DNA from: Naegleria gruberi | Lineage: Eukaryota | Reading direction: 5' to 3' (one strand) | Assembly: GCA_000004985.1 (NCBI GenBank) | Contig: GG738873.1 | DNA length: 64,000 nt | The notes under the pieces: model-generated | What the model was told of the DNA's origin: nothing | The model's input: only the letters and a program-made list of their open reading frames with translations | The model's database searches: none | Made by a program: the position numbers and the translations under genes | Shown: positions 47,340 to 59,018 of the stretch, piece by piece | Numbering within the stretch: position 1 is the first letter of the stretch | How the letters are laid out: each line of letters opens with the position of its first letter

Positions 47340-50207
47340 ATGGCCAAAGATAAAAAGAAGAAGGAAACATCTCCATCCTCTTCCTCTACATCTAATCTTT
47401 CTGATGCTCCAACAAGAATTTCTATTTCGTCATCTGACTCTGGATTTTCAAAGAATAGTCAAGATGACCAAAGCTTTGGTGAAGGAGAAGAATATATCCC
47501 AGGTGCTTCATCATCATTGTTATCAGCTTCCTCTGCTGCTAATTCAAAGAAAAAACATAGATTTTCCATTCGTAATTTATTAGGAGGTAAGAAGGAATCC
47601 TCAAAGGAATTGAGTCCTGGCAGAAATTCCGTTACCCAATCAACAGGTTCTCTAGATGAGATGAAAAAGGCAGGATTGAGTGGTACAAATATTGGTGTTT
47701 CACTTGATGTTCCAACTTTGGACACTTCTTCCTCAAGTGATCAAGCTCTCTTGGATTTACAAAAGAGAATCAAGGAATCTGATGTTAATGGAACAAGTTC
47801 AATGTCTCCTTCCTCTCCAAGTGGTTCTACTTCTGCCAGGTCAAATAATTCCCCTCGTGTCTCTTCACCAATTGCTTCATCAACTGGTTCTCCACGCACT
47901 AATCTTGCTTCCAATGAAAAGATTATTCAAATTGATGAATTTGAAAGATTAAAGAATTGTGAACAAGAATTGGCAACCAAATTGAATGAAATTAAAAATT
48001 TTGAAGAAGAGTTGGCTCAAACTAATGCCAAACACAAGCAAGAATCGGAAGAAAAAGAAGGTCAATTACAACAACTTAAAAAGAGTATTGAGGTATTGAC
48101 CAATCAATGCGAACAATTGAAGCAATCCATTTCCAATTCTGCTCCTGTTGAAACTCAACAACAACCAACGAGTGGTGTGGTTGATATATCACTTGTTGAC
48201 CAATTAAAGAAGGAAAATGAAGAAAAATTGCAACAAGTCAAGAATGAACATGCTACTCTCTTAGAACAAACAAAGAAGGATCTTGCAACCGAGTTGGATC
48301 AAGTGAAGAAACAAGTTGAAACTCTTCAAACCAGTATTACTCAATTAACCAAAGAAAAGCAGGAACAAGAAACCAAGATTAAAGAATTGACTTTAGAAAA
48401 TGAAGGTTTAATGGATGACTTGGTGAATTTGGATTCTAGGGCTTCCGACGTTAAAAAAACATTGGAAAAGAAGAATAAGGATCTTGCTACTGAAGTTGAT
48501 GAACTAAAGAAGAAACTCCAAGAACAAACATCCACCGAAAAAAAGGAAACTCAAAAGGCCATCCTTGAACAAAGTGAAAAAGTTGTCTCAAACACAACTG
48601 GAGATCATGCTGAAAAGGTTAAGGCAGAATTTGAAAAATTGAAACGTTGGAATCAAGAACTCAATGATATCATGTCCACTATTGAGAAAGAACGTGATCA
48701 ATTGGCCTTGCAAGTGGAAGAGCTCAAGAAGAAGCTTGAAGAGTCCTCCGAAACAACCAAAAAGGCAGTGCCAACATCAGGTGAAGATGCTGATGCCGAA
48801 GAACCAGCAGATATAGAAACTCTCTTGAAGAATTTGGAAGAAATCACATTGGAAAGAGATGTCCTTGAAGAATTACGTCAAGAAGAACTTTTGGAATATG
48901 AAAAGGAAAAGGAAGAATTAGCTGGTGAAATACTGGCTCTTAAGGAAGAATTGGAAAAGATTAATGGAAGTCAACCATCCTCTACACCTGTTGCCACAAC
49001 TCAACCTCTTGTAGATACAACAGAGTTGGACAATTTGAAGAAACTTGTTCAATCTCTCCAGTCAGAGAATCAAGAATTAAACAAGGTGTCAAGCAAGTCA
49101 GAACCAGAAAAGATTGTAGAACAAGTTGAAAGGGTAGTTGAGAAGGAAGTCGAGAAAATTGTTGAAAAAGTTGTCGAAAAGATTGTTGAAAAGGAAGTTG
49201 AAAAGATTGTAGAGGTTGAGAAGATTATTGAAAAGCTTATTCCTGTTGGAGATGGTGAAGCCAGTGTTGAAATTAACAATTTGAGAGAACAAGTTGATAA
49301 TTTGGTAACTCAACTCGATCAAACTCAAGAACAAGTGAGAGATTACGAAAAACAATTTGAGAGTGATCGTTTGATTTTGGAACAACTCAAGAAGGAATTA
49401 TCTGCTGAAACTCAAAAGGCCAAGAATGCTGAAAGTGAGCTCAAGAAGGCCAAGAACGAACTTGAAAAGCAAGTTTCTTCTGTTTCTACTGCCTCTGCCA
49501 TTGTTACTAAGCAAGAAACCTCCAGTGCACCAACAGAAAATACCATCCAAGAACAACCATCCATCCCAGAGTCATCAGAATCAGCTGTCACCAGTGAAGA
49601 ATCAGCCTCTGTCAGACCAGCATCTTTTGAGGCTCCTGTCATTTCCTCCTTAGAAAAGGAAGACTTGTACAAGATTCGTTCCAAGTATAGTTATTATGAC
49701 TCTGATGAAGAACACAACTCTGTTCCTCAACAACCAGTTGCTGCCGTACCAATTAAAAAAGAAGAACCAGAAGAAGAGGAAGAACCAGCTAGAGACGATG
49801 AAGACGAAATTTATCAAGATGAACTCAAAAAATTCGAAAAGGATTTGGATAAGATGTTGAGTAAAACATCTATCAATCTCTCCAAAGGAAAGATTACCTC
49901 ACTCAAAGAACTCGAATTGTTATGCATCAAGTTGAAATTCAACAAGAGTGTTAAAATTTTGGACTTGTCAAGCAATACTTCCATTGATAATAGAGGTTTA
50001 AAGATTATTTGTGATATGCTTCGATGGAATACTGCTGTAACTGATCTTTATCTCGAAGACACTAGTATTACAACCCTCAATCCTCATCTTTTTGATGTTT
50101 TCAATGAAAATTTCAAACTTACCAATGTTGCCTTCTCAGAAGATTACATCCCAAGTGCAGAATTAGACAAATTGGATACTCTATTAGACAGAAATGAAAC
50201 CTACTAG
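47340..50207 (+). CDS. Long coiled-coil protein (955 aa) with Ser-rich N-terminus and a C-terminal RNI-like leucine-rich-repeat cap
   Basis: Uninterrupted ORF from ATG 47340. There are extensive heptad-like E/K/Q/L-rich repeats including (E/K)KIVEKVVEK.. iterations. The C-terminal part is ..ELELLCIKLKFNKSVKILDLSSNTSIDNRGLKIICDMLRWNTAVTDLYLEDTSITTLNP... Confidence 0.65.
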   Translation: MAKDKKKKETSPSSSSTSNLSDAPTRISISSSDSGFSKNSQDDQSFGEGEEYIPGASSSLLSASSAANSKKKHRFSIRNLLGGKKESSKELSPGRNSVTQSTGSLDEMKKAGLSGTNIGVSLDVPTLDTSSSSDQALLDLQKRIKESDVNGTSSMSPSSPSGSTSARSNNSPRVSSPIASSTGSPRTNLASNEKIIQIDEFERLKNCEQELATKLNEIKNFEEELAQTNAKHKQESEEKEGQLQQLKKSIEVLTNQCEQLKQSISNSAPVETQQQPTSGVVDISLVDQLKKENEEKLQQVKNEHATLLEQTKKDLATELDQVKKQVETLQTSITQLTKEKQEQETKIKELTLENEGLMDDLVNLDSRASDVKKTLEKKNKDLATEVDELKKKLQEQTSTEKKETQKAILEQSEKVVSNTTGDHAEKVKAEFEKLKRWNQELNDIMSTIEKERDQLALQVEELKKKLEESSETTKKAVPTSGEDADAEEPADIETLLKNLEEITLERDVLEELRQEELLEYEKEKEELAGEILALKEELEKINGSQPSSTPVATTQPLVDTTELDNLKKLVQSLQSENQELNKVSSKSEPEKIVEQVERVVEKEVEKIVEKVVEKIVEKEVEKIVEVEKIIEKLIPVGDGEASVEINNLREQVDNLVTQLDQTQEQVRDYEKQFESDRLILEQLKKELSAETQKAKNAESELKKAKNELEKQVSSVSTASAIVTKQETSSAPTENTIQEQPSIPESSESAVTSEESASVRPASFEAPVISSLEKEDLYKIRSKYSYYDSDEEHNSVPQQPVAAVPIKKEEPEEEEEPARDDEDEIYQDELKKFEKDLDKMLSKTSINLSKGKITSLKELELLCIKLKFNKSVKILDLSSNTSIDNRGLKIICDMLRWNTAVTDLYLEDTSITTLNPHLFDVFNENFKLTNVAFSEDYIPSAELDKLDTLLDRNETY

Positions 50208-50398
50208 TTAAACTACTAAAACATTCGACTCAACTTTAAGAAGATTAATTTCTTTGTACATAAATTTTCTTTAACTTCAACTGTTTCCCAATTAATAAAT
50301 TGAAGAACACAAAGCTCACAAATCAAGCTGATTTCCAACATTTATCAAACTTTCCTTGATTCCACTTTTCGGCAATGTAGTAAAGGAGCAAAGAAAAA

Positions 50399-51903
50399 AT
50401 GGGACAAAGAGGTTCAAAGGGAACGAATAATAACGGAAAGAGAGGATCAACACGATCCACCACGACCACAACAACAAATACAACAAATACTGTTGCTAGT
50501 ATTCAAAACGATCCACAGGACTTTGAAAAAGTATGTACAAGATTATTTGTTATATTAATAATTCTTTTACAATTAAATTATATAATATTAACAACATGAT
50601 GATGCTGCGGAAATTAATTACAGGGCATTGAATTTATAATAGATAAATTAAAAAACAATGAAATATATAGAGCAAGACTCCAAGATATTAATATTATGAG
50701 GCAATTTGCTGAAGTTCTTGGTACAGAAGATAAACTCCAAACAACCTATTTAACTACCAAATGGTTAGATACTGTTGATCTTGCCAGGAAGATGTTACAA
50801 CAATCAAAGACTTTAGTGGAGGATGAGGAATTATCTAGAAGTGGACATTCAGGTATGAAATCAGTTGTACCAGCCAGTACAGCTGCTTCGGATGTGAATC
50901 AAATCAACAAGACACCATCAGAAAATGTTGGAGGTGACTTTGATGATGATGATGATATTATCAATGAGGAAGATATTCGTTTGGGAGAAAAGGATCCAGG
51001 ATTGAACAAGATTTTAGAACAAAATACTGTTAAAGTTAAGATTGTCATTTCTGAAATTGCCAAGACTAAAGGAAAGAAGGCATTCAGAAGAATGTTGTCT
51101 CCTGTTTTGAGCAAATTGGATATGTTACCAGAGTTGGGTATGTTCCACTCTGCTCTTCAAATTGGGTATGTAACTATTCTCTAATATTTCCCCTCACTTT
51201 ATATTGTTTAATATTTACTTGCATTACTAATTAATCAATCAAATATTTTAGACCTTGGTTAATTGAATGGAACAATTCTGCTATTTGTGTTCCAAGAAAA
51301 TGTGTTAGCTCTGCTGCCATGCTATCAGCAGATATTGAACAACTCCAAACCAATGAGGATGTTAGAAATGTTGTAGAGAAATTGAGCAAAGTTATTGTAA
51401 AGTGGAATACTAGTATGAGTTATAAGGAAAGAGATACAGAACCAGGAAAGAGTGGAAATTGTCAAGATTTTGTGGATGATGTTCTGGTTTCAATTGGACT
51501 TTCAAGAGATAGCCTATCACAAGGACCTCTTGGAGAATTCCTTAAAAAACTCAAAACAAAGGGACAGAGTGATTTGGTTTTCAAAATGAATGAACAATTC
51601 AGAAAAGCATTTAATTTTGCTGAAAACAAAAAGAAATTTACTACCCACAGAGATTTGGACGAATTTGTTAAAGGTTTACTGACTATTGATCCAGATTTCG
51701 AAAAGAACTACCGATATGAATGGCTATTCCTCAAATCAATGGATCGTGCATTCTGGCTGAAACATATAAAATTTGAGGAAATGGAAGAATACAAGCCTGC
51801 TTCAAGGGAGGCTGTAGATGAGGATGATGAGGTTATATTAATCACAGACTGCCCATTCAAAGATCCAAGAGATACCTATTCTTTCATTTATGACGACGAA
51901 TAA
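50399..51903 (+). CDS. N-myristoylation-motif protein with LRAT/NlpC-P60-like (H..NC.xFV) catalytic-core motifs; 3 exons, 441 aa
   Basis: Exon 1 is 50399..50530 and begins MGQRGSK.., ending at ..DFEK|GTATGT. Intron 1 is 50531..50623 (93 nt, ..TTACAG). Exon 2 is 50624..51165. Intron 2 is 51166..51251 (86 nt, GTATGT..TTTTAG, phase 2). Exon 3 is 51252..51903. Frames join ORFs 50399.., 50696.. and 51319... The motif ..MFHSALQIG|PWLIEWNNSAICV.. resembles the LRAT/H-rev107 His box, and ..GKSGNCQDFVDDVL.. resembles the NCEHFV Cys box. Confidence 0.55.
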
Positions 51904-52652
51904 ACCAATATTATCCTATACAGTTACATGAAACCTAAAGAACTTAAAAACCTATTTCTAAATATTAATCCTTGTAATTGGTTTACAATAGATTTCAGTG
52001 TGGACATTTTCAAGGTGGATTTTATACAAGGTTTTGGAAGTCTAATCTGTCGATTGTGACCTGCATGACGAAGATAGAGAATCAGAAGAGCATTGACCAT
52101 GAATGTCTGTTACAGAGCTTGACATCGAAGAGCGGACTGCACCAATGATCTTTGAACAAGAAATGAGAGAACATTTGGAATCGACTTGGTGCAAAGAACT
52201 AAAATGAGAATTGCTAGTTTTCAGACAGTTTTTCAAGATTGAATGGTGATGTGAATTGACCAAAAGTACCACTAATCATCTTGATGTTGCTGTGCATGTT
52301 TCGTTCGGAGGAAATTGTTGGTGAACAGTGTTTAATTGGTTTTTTCTAACAAGCAGTAAAAACGAGCTGCCCTTAATGAAAATCTTTGTCTGCTCAACCA
52401 TTATTGAATTATGAGGGTTCAGAGTATATAGAAATCAACAAAAAGGTGTATTGAGGGTTTGGTGAAGACTAAATTAAGTGCGTTTGATCATGTTTGGAGG
52501 GTGACTCCTTCTGTTGGAGGAAGCAGTAACAGTTCAGATACAATAAAGCAAGTAAAAGTTTCAAGCTAAGCGTTTGTTCTTGTCATGGTTGGAGTGTAAT
52601 GATTCAAATGTTTGTTTTTGAAACAGCCGATTCAAAATAATATAAAAAAGAA

Positions 52653-55600
52653 CTAAAAAACCATGTCACAATATACTTTAATTGGTATTGTTGTTCCATT
52701 ATTTAGAATACTATAGAAACCACCACCAATCAAACCTTGATAAACACGAGAGGTGTTAGTTGGATTTTTGTAGGAAGAGCAAGAATCAGCAACAGTTCCA
52801 TCAGCATAGTGTCTCCCATTACTGTAATCCACTATTCCTATTAATTGACATCTGTCACCAAATCTACCATGACTACATTGACATTCATCATTACCAACGC
52901 AAATACCAGCTGAAGAGCAGACACTTGGATTAGTAGCCTCGTAATATTGTGGACCAGTATACCCTGTAACATTACTGAAACCAAAATCTGGGTTAGAACA
53001 TTGATAGCACAACAATGGATACTTAGTGCACCAATCAAAATGGGTCAACTCTATATTTGTATCAGGAATAGCAGTCCATGATCCTATAATATCACTCTTC
53101 TTACCAAAGGCAAAGTAAGGTCCAGTTGAACTAGTGGATGAGTTTGTACCACCAAAAATATATAACTTATCTTCTGTTGAGGAAAATGGACCGGTATTAG
53201 TAATGAAATAAGGAAGGAGACCGAAGGTCATCTCCCAAACAGTTGGAGATTGTAATTTTGCTCTAAAGATATTAATACCACTTCCTCGTACTGTTGAGCT
53301 GCCACCAAACAAGTAGACATAATTATCAACCACTTCGATAAAAGCAGAATGCAGAGGAAGGGGAATAACATCTTGTACAATCTCCCATTTTGTTATGCTT
53401 GTTGTTGAAGCTCGCATTATACAATTGGTTACATTGTGTTTCATTGTTGGAGCAATATCTGCAGTTGCATTGAACTCATAGATGGAAATGATACCACCAA
53501 AAATGTAAACATAATCTCCTACTGCCATAAGCATACCAGATGCTATTGGGATTGGAAGTTTTTCGTTAATTAATTCCCATGATTGAAACAAATCATAGAC
53601 AGGTGCTCTGTAAATTCTATTTGAAATATCATCATCCACAACACCTCCAAACAAATAGACATATTCACCATGTTTAAGGACGTGTGTATTATAAATAGAG
53701 TGAGGAAAACCAGTGTTGGTAGTTTCATTATACTCAATCATATTCCATACCATGTCATTTGCTGTAACGTTTGTGGTGTACATATTGAACCCGTTATTTC
53801 TTCTTGTTGGAAGAGTGTTCTCTGTTTGAAGTAAATATGCAATATCACCCATTTCGAAATAAACTGGTTTTCTCTGATACCAGTATAATTGCATGTTGGT
53901 TTGGTGTCGTACTTGAGTGAAAAGTCCGTTAATAGAGAAAGCAAACTTCTTTGTTTGAACGGTTTCAAAGCAATCTTGTCCAAGGAAAAACTGGGTATTA
54001 AAACAGCCACCTGTGGCATGAATGGATCCATCAGCAAGAAAAAGGAAGGAATTATAAACATTGGAAGTAATATCTACAATTGGGTGAGCTGAGTATTTTA
54101 CAAGTTTGGGCGATAGAATTTTTAATCCATAAGAAAGTCCAGCACCTGTTTGCCCAATATCATTCAATCCCCAAGAATAAAAATACCCTGGTTTAGATGC
54201 ACAAACAGCAAAACTCACATGACCTTTTGTGTGGATCTTGGTTACGGTGCAGTTAATACCAGAAATCAAAGTTGGTATTGGTATGTTTGTTGTGTTACCA
54301 GTTCCAACTTGTCCATACATATTACCACCAAAAGCAAAAACTTTACCACTGGCTGTAAGGACAAGGTTATGAAACATACCACATTGAATATCTTTGATTG
54401 TCTCATTTTGGAATGGTTTCATCTTTACAACAACAGGCTCACCACTTGAAACGTAATCACCAGTACCCAATTGACCGTATGTGTTGTCTCCAATTGCTAC
54501 CAGATTACCTGTTGATGTTAAAGCAAGTACACTACCATTTCCAGCACAAACTCTAACAACTGTTTGATTTGCTAAAGCTCCGTATCTATAAACAGAGAAT
54601 GGTCTATTCTTTTCATCCCAAGTTCTGTCACCAATTTGACCTTGATCATTAGCTCCCCATGCCCACAATTTTCCATTTTCATCTATCGCATACGAAGCAT
54701 AATTACCCATAGCAATTTGAACTATTTTAGTGTCAAAGTTAAAACCATGAACTTTTGTTGCTTTCAACACAGATTTAGTTCCACCAGTTGCTAATTGTGA
54801 ACGATCATTTAAACCAAAAACATAGAGACCATTCGTAGTCAACACCATGCTGCTATTTCTCTGAGCTTCAATTTGAAGAATTTCTAATTCGTCAAGAACT
54901 TCAACAGGGTTATTGTAGAGGAGTCTAGAATCCTGACTTGTTCTTCCCAAATTTCCATTATTGTAGACACCAGTCGAGTATAATTTACCATTAGGCATTA
55001 GTACAAGTACGTGATTTGCACCTGCAACAATTCTGTTTCTCACTCTGACAATAGAAGAATGATATTCATAGGAAGGAAAAATACCTGGTCTAGAGTTGAA
55101 ATACATTTGGTGGTTCATTGAAAAGTTCAAAGTGTTTTGTCTGAATAATAATTCCTCTCCATAGATAGCTTCGGTGAAGTTCTTTACAAAACTAAATTGT
55201 CGATGCTCAAAATAAACTTACATTAATCATATTAAAACTATTCTCTCCCAATATTCTTTGTGAGTTATCAGCCAAGGTAATGACATTTAGTAATTCCACC
55301 TCCATGCTCAATGCTCTTTTCCAGTCCTTTTTCTTTGATGTGACCATTTGATCAAACATTGTTTGATTAACTCCCAAGTCATCCAATATCATTGAAGCTC
55401 CATCAAGTGCTTCTTGCATATTCACTAGCTTTTGCATTATCTTTGAGGAGTAAAAATCTTCCTTTTGCTTTTCGAGTCCAACCAGAACTCTATTGTAACT
55501 ATTTTGTTTTTCTTTCCATCCTTTTACAAGTTCAACAGCATGTTGTTGTTGATCATTTGAGGCATCAAATGTATGTACACTCAATGTGAAGCAAATTATT

Positions 55601-55701
55601 ACTATGAAAAATTTATAGTAAGCGGAAATATACAACCTACAAAAAGCTACACACACACATTGCAATTTAGACCGCAAACCAGCGTTGAGGGTCTTCATCA
55701 T
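52653..55701 (-). CDS. Paralog B: secreted coiled-coil + RCC1-like + Kelch-like protein with an extra C-terminal EGF-like module and a truncated fibrinogen-like start; 3 exons, 989 aa
   Basis: Exons on the minus strand are 55701..55641 (MMKTLNAGLRSKLQCVCVAF), 55601..55222 and 55181..52653. Intron 1 is 55640..55602 (39 nt, GTAGGT..CATAG, phase 1). Intron 2 is 55221..55182 (40 nt, GTAAGT..TGTAAAG, phase 0); an alternative acceptor 27 nt downstream is also in frame. RCC1-like motifs are YNNGNLGRT, GLNDRSQLATG, GANDQGQIGD, GDNTYGQLGTG, GGNMYGQVGTG and GLNDIGQTG. Kelch-like repeats are YVYLFGG, YVYIFGG, YVYLFGG and LYIFGG. The C-terminal segment reads CSSAGICVGNDECQCSHGRFGDRCQ, then ..RVYQGLIGGGFYSILNNGTTIPIKVYCDMVF and stop. 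Confidence 0.75.
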
Positions 55702-56077
55702 TCGTTTTTTTTCTGAGTTGTGCACCGCAAATCACTGTAATTTCTGTGTTAAGGCTGTATTCACAGTAAGACTTTCAAAAACCTTAACTAGAAGTTATTT
55801 GGAGAATATTAGAAGAAGATTGTGCATAATGTATCTCCCAAATGTGCTCAACATTTTTTTTGGTTTCAAGCCAATCATAAGGGACGATTGAGCAGCAATA
55901 AACTTTTCATTTCTGCACGAAAATGAGATGATAATTGCCTACAGATTTATTAATCAAGATCTGTTTCTAAGTTGAATAGTCCACAATAAAATTCAAAACA
56001 TTTCAAAGAATAAAGTCCCTATCATTTTCATTATTCTCATTCAATACTCTATATTATCATTAAACTACTAGTACAAT

Positions 56078-58846
56078 TTATTTATTTTCAAATGGTTGAG
56101 TTAATAATGGTATGGTACACAATGTGTGAGTCTTGTTGCTCATTAACCTGGTGAAGATTCTCTTGATATCAGTGCCGTAGAGATAAAGATTATTACCAGA
56201 GAAGGTTGGAGTGAAAGAAGAAACAGAAGGGATAACATCTCCCGAAACAGTCCATGAACCAACTGGGTCACTTGTTGGAGTGTAAACAACTCTGTAATTG
56301 AAATCATTCAGAGATCTTGAATGTCCTTTGCTTGGATAACCACCAAATATGAAAATGTAATCTCCTGTTACCACCATTGGCCCATCAGAGTAGGTAAATG
56401 GCAATACAGAGAAGGTATTTTCCCACAGATAGGGGAAAATATATCTAGCTCTCAAAATATCAGAGTAGGCTTCTTGAGATGGTGATCTACCCCCAAAAAT
56501 ATAGATATAATCACCGATCATGGCTATGTTACCACCATACACAGGTTGTGGGAGTTTTTTAGAGACTATTTCAAAGTTGTAAGGTGCATTGATAGGGGCA
56601 CGAATTATCATGTCAGTAACATTATTAATTGAAATGTCAAAGTTCAAGATGCCACCATAAATGTAGATGTAATCGTCTACAACCAATGACATACCAGAAG
56701 CAACTGCATATGGTAAGGTATTTTTCATCAACTCCCACCCATTCTCTATATCACTGACAGGAGCACGATAAATCTTATTGCTGAGGGTTCCATTCACCAC
56801 ACCACCATAAAAATAAATATATTCTTGAGCTCTGGCTATATGCGTGTTATAAATGGTACCAGGGAAGGTTCTTTTTGTCTTGTTTTGGTAATTCACAAGA
56901 TCCCAAGTCATAGGGTCACTCAAGTTTCTATAATACAACTGGAAGCCATTATCCACAAGTGGATAATACTTATCACCAACAAACTGATAGGCCTTATCAT
57001 CAGTTTCAAAATATGGGTAATGTCTTCTTTCAAGAGTAAAGCCAGTGGTGTTGTCAAAGGTAAAAACTTTTCTAAAATTGGATGTTACAGGTTCAAAAAC
57101 GTCAAACAATTGTCTTTCGGTTTGGGAGGAATATCCAGCACCTACAAACGCTCCATCGGTTGTCAAGCCAACAGCCGACCTGTACATCATTGTTATTTCA
57201 GTAATTTTGTGGTTGTATAATTCATCATTGGAGAGAGGAATAACTTCTGTTGCCACATTCATAAGAGCAGAAAGACCACCTGTGTGACCTAATTGCCCAT
57301 TAGAATTATCACCCCAAGAGAACCACTTTCCATCGTTACAAAGTACAAAGGAATTTCTAAACTTGGAATAGAGGGCAACAATAGATCTGCCAGCACCAAT
57401 ACCAGCCATTTCAATTGGTGTAGGGACAGTGAGGTATGGTGAATTGATACCTGTTCCACACTGACCTTTGTCATTTTTTCCCCAAGCAAAAACTTTTCCT
57501 GATTCTGTCAATACAGTTGTAAAATCATCACCACACTTCAAATCAACAACTATCTCTCCTGCAAAGCTTTCTGGTAAATTTACAGCAACAGCTTCCATTT
57601 TATATTCAGCGGAGGAGGCGCTTCCAATACCTAGTTGACCGTATGTGTTGTCGCCAAATGAATACAGACTATTATTTGAGGTTAAGACAGCAGTGTGTGA
57701 CAAACCACCACAAACCTTAACAATGTACTGATTGGCTAGAGCACCATCCATGTATACATCAACCGGTCTCACCTTTGTCACAGTTGTTTTATCACCAAGT
57801 TGGCCTCTATGATTTCTTCCCCAGGCATATAACTTGCCGTTTTCCTTAATGGCATAGAAAGTAAAAGCACCAGCAGCAATTTGCTCAACATCTTGAGGAC
57901 CTTGCAAGTCCCAAGAGAATAATTTGAATGGTACTTTTTTGTGAACGGCAACGGTTCCATCACCAACTTCGCCATAGTCATTTCTTCCCCAAGTGTAAAC
58001 AGCATCACCAGCCAAGAGAATGTTACTATAGTACGAAGAATCGAATTGAAGAATTGTAAGATTGACATTTGTAGAATAGTTTGGCAACTCAACTGGTGTA
58101 CTAAGTGTTGGAACATATCCTGTGCCCATAGTAGTTCCTAATCTACCCAAACATCCATCACATTCAACACCCCAGGAATAAAGTTTTCCATTGCCATGAA
58201 GATAAAGTCCATGGTCTCTTCCAGCTGATAGCCTATTTCTTTCACGCACAACCTTCTTAAAGGTTGCATAGTTTGGCAGATACCCATATGTAAGATTAAA
58301 ATGCAACGGAACAGGAATTGTACTAATGTTAGTATTGGTCCACTTAGAAGGATCATTCAAATAGTTCAAGGAATCTATTACCAGATCTTTCAAGGAACTA
58401 TATGTTGTATTAAAACCTTGATTGGTGAGAGCAATGAGACTGTCAAGTTCTTTTTCAACAGAAACAACATTCTCATATTGGGTAACCTTATTTTTAAGAA
58501 TTGCTTCGTATTGGTCTTGAGGGATACCAAAATCAGATATAAATTCTTTCGAGTACTTTACAGCTTCACTAATAACAGTGATTTTTTCTTTAATATTTGC
58601 TTTGACCATGTCTGCTTTTTGTTGTAAATAATCTTGATTAACAGCATAATAACTATCTCTTCTTTCTCTAAGACTAGCAATATTATAGTAAGCTTCATCT
58701 AACGGGAGTTGCTCTGATAATACTTGATTGATTACTGTTATATTAAGCATTGTAAATAATCATTTAATATTAATAAATAGAAACATCAACCTACCCGAAG
58801 CAACAAGCAATAGTAACACAACCACAATTGTGGCATTCAGCTTCAT
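56078..58846 (-). CDS. Paralog C: secreted coiled-coil + RCC1-like + Kelch-like protein; 2 exons, 902 aa
   Basis: Exon 1 is 58846..58795 and encodes MKLNATIVVVLLLLVASG. The intron is 58794..58735 (60 nt, GTAGGT..AACAG, phase 1). Exon 2 is 58734..56078 and is in frame with ORF 56078..58750. RCC1-like motifs are GVECDGCLGRLG, GRNDYGEVGDG, GRNHRGQLGD, GDNTYGQLGIG, GKNDKGQCGTG and GDNSNGQLG. Kelch-like repeats are YIYFYGG, YIYIYGG, YIYIFGG and YIFIFGG. Confidence 0.8.
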
Positions 58847-59018
58847 TTTGTGATGTAGCGGGAGATGTGATGGGTGTTGTTTTTTTAAAAGTAGTTGCAG
58901 TTTGCTGCTGTAAGCACTCGCCCAAATCAGCTTAAATACAGCTGTGTACAGTACAGTCGTAATGAAATTACCACTACGAATTATTTTATCGCTTAATACA
59001 GCAGAAAAAAACATCACA
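58847..59018. promoter_or_regulatory. About 172-bp divergent intergenic region shared by paralogs C (minus) and D (plus); putative bidirectional promoter with a TACAG motif cluster
   Basis: Start codons lie at 58846 (minus) and about 59019 (plus). The sequence aaatacagctgtgtacagtacagtcg at about 58935-58960 is followed by ttaatacagcag. Confidence 0.45.

Noticed and set aside
52042-52272. 76-aa minus-strand ORF between the LRAT-like gene and paralog B
   Set aside because: It is Ser/Cys-rich and low-complexity, has no start context and no similarity to anything nearby, and probably lies in 3'-UTR/intergenic sequence. It is not called as a gene.
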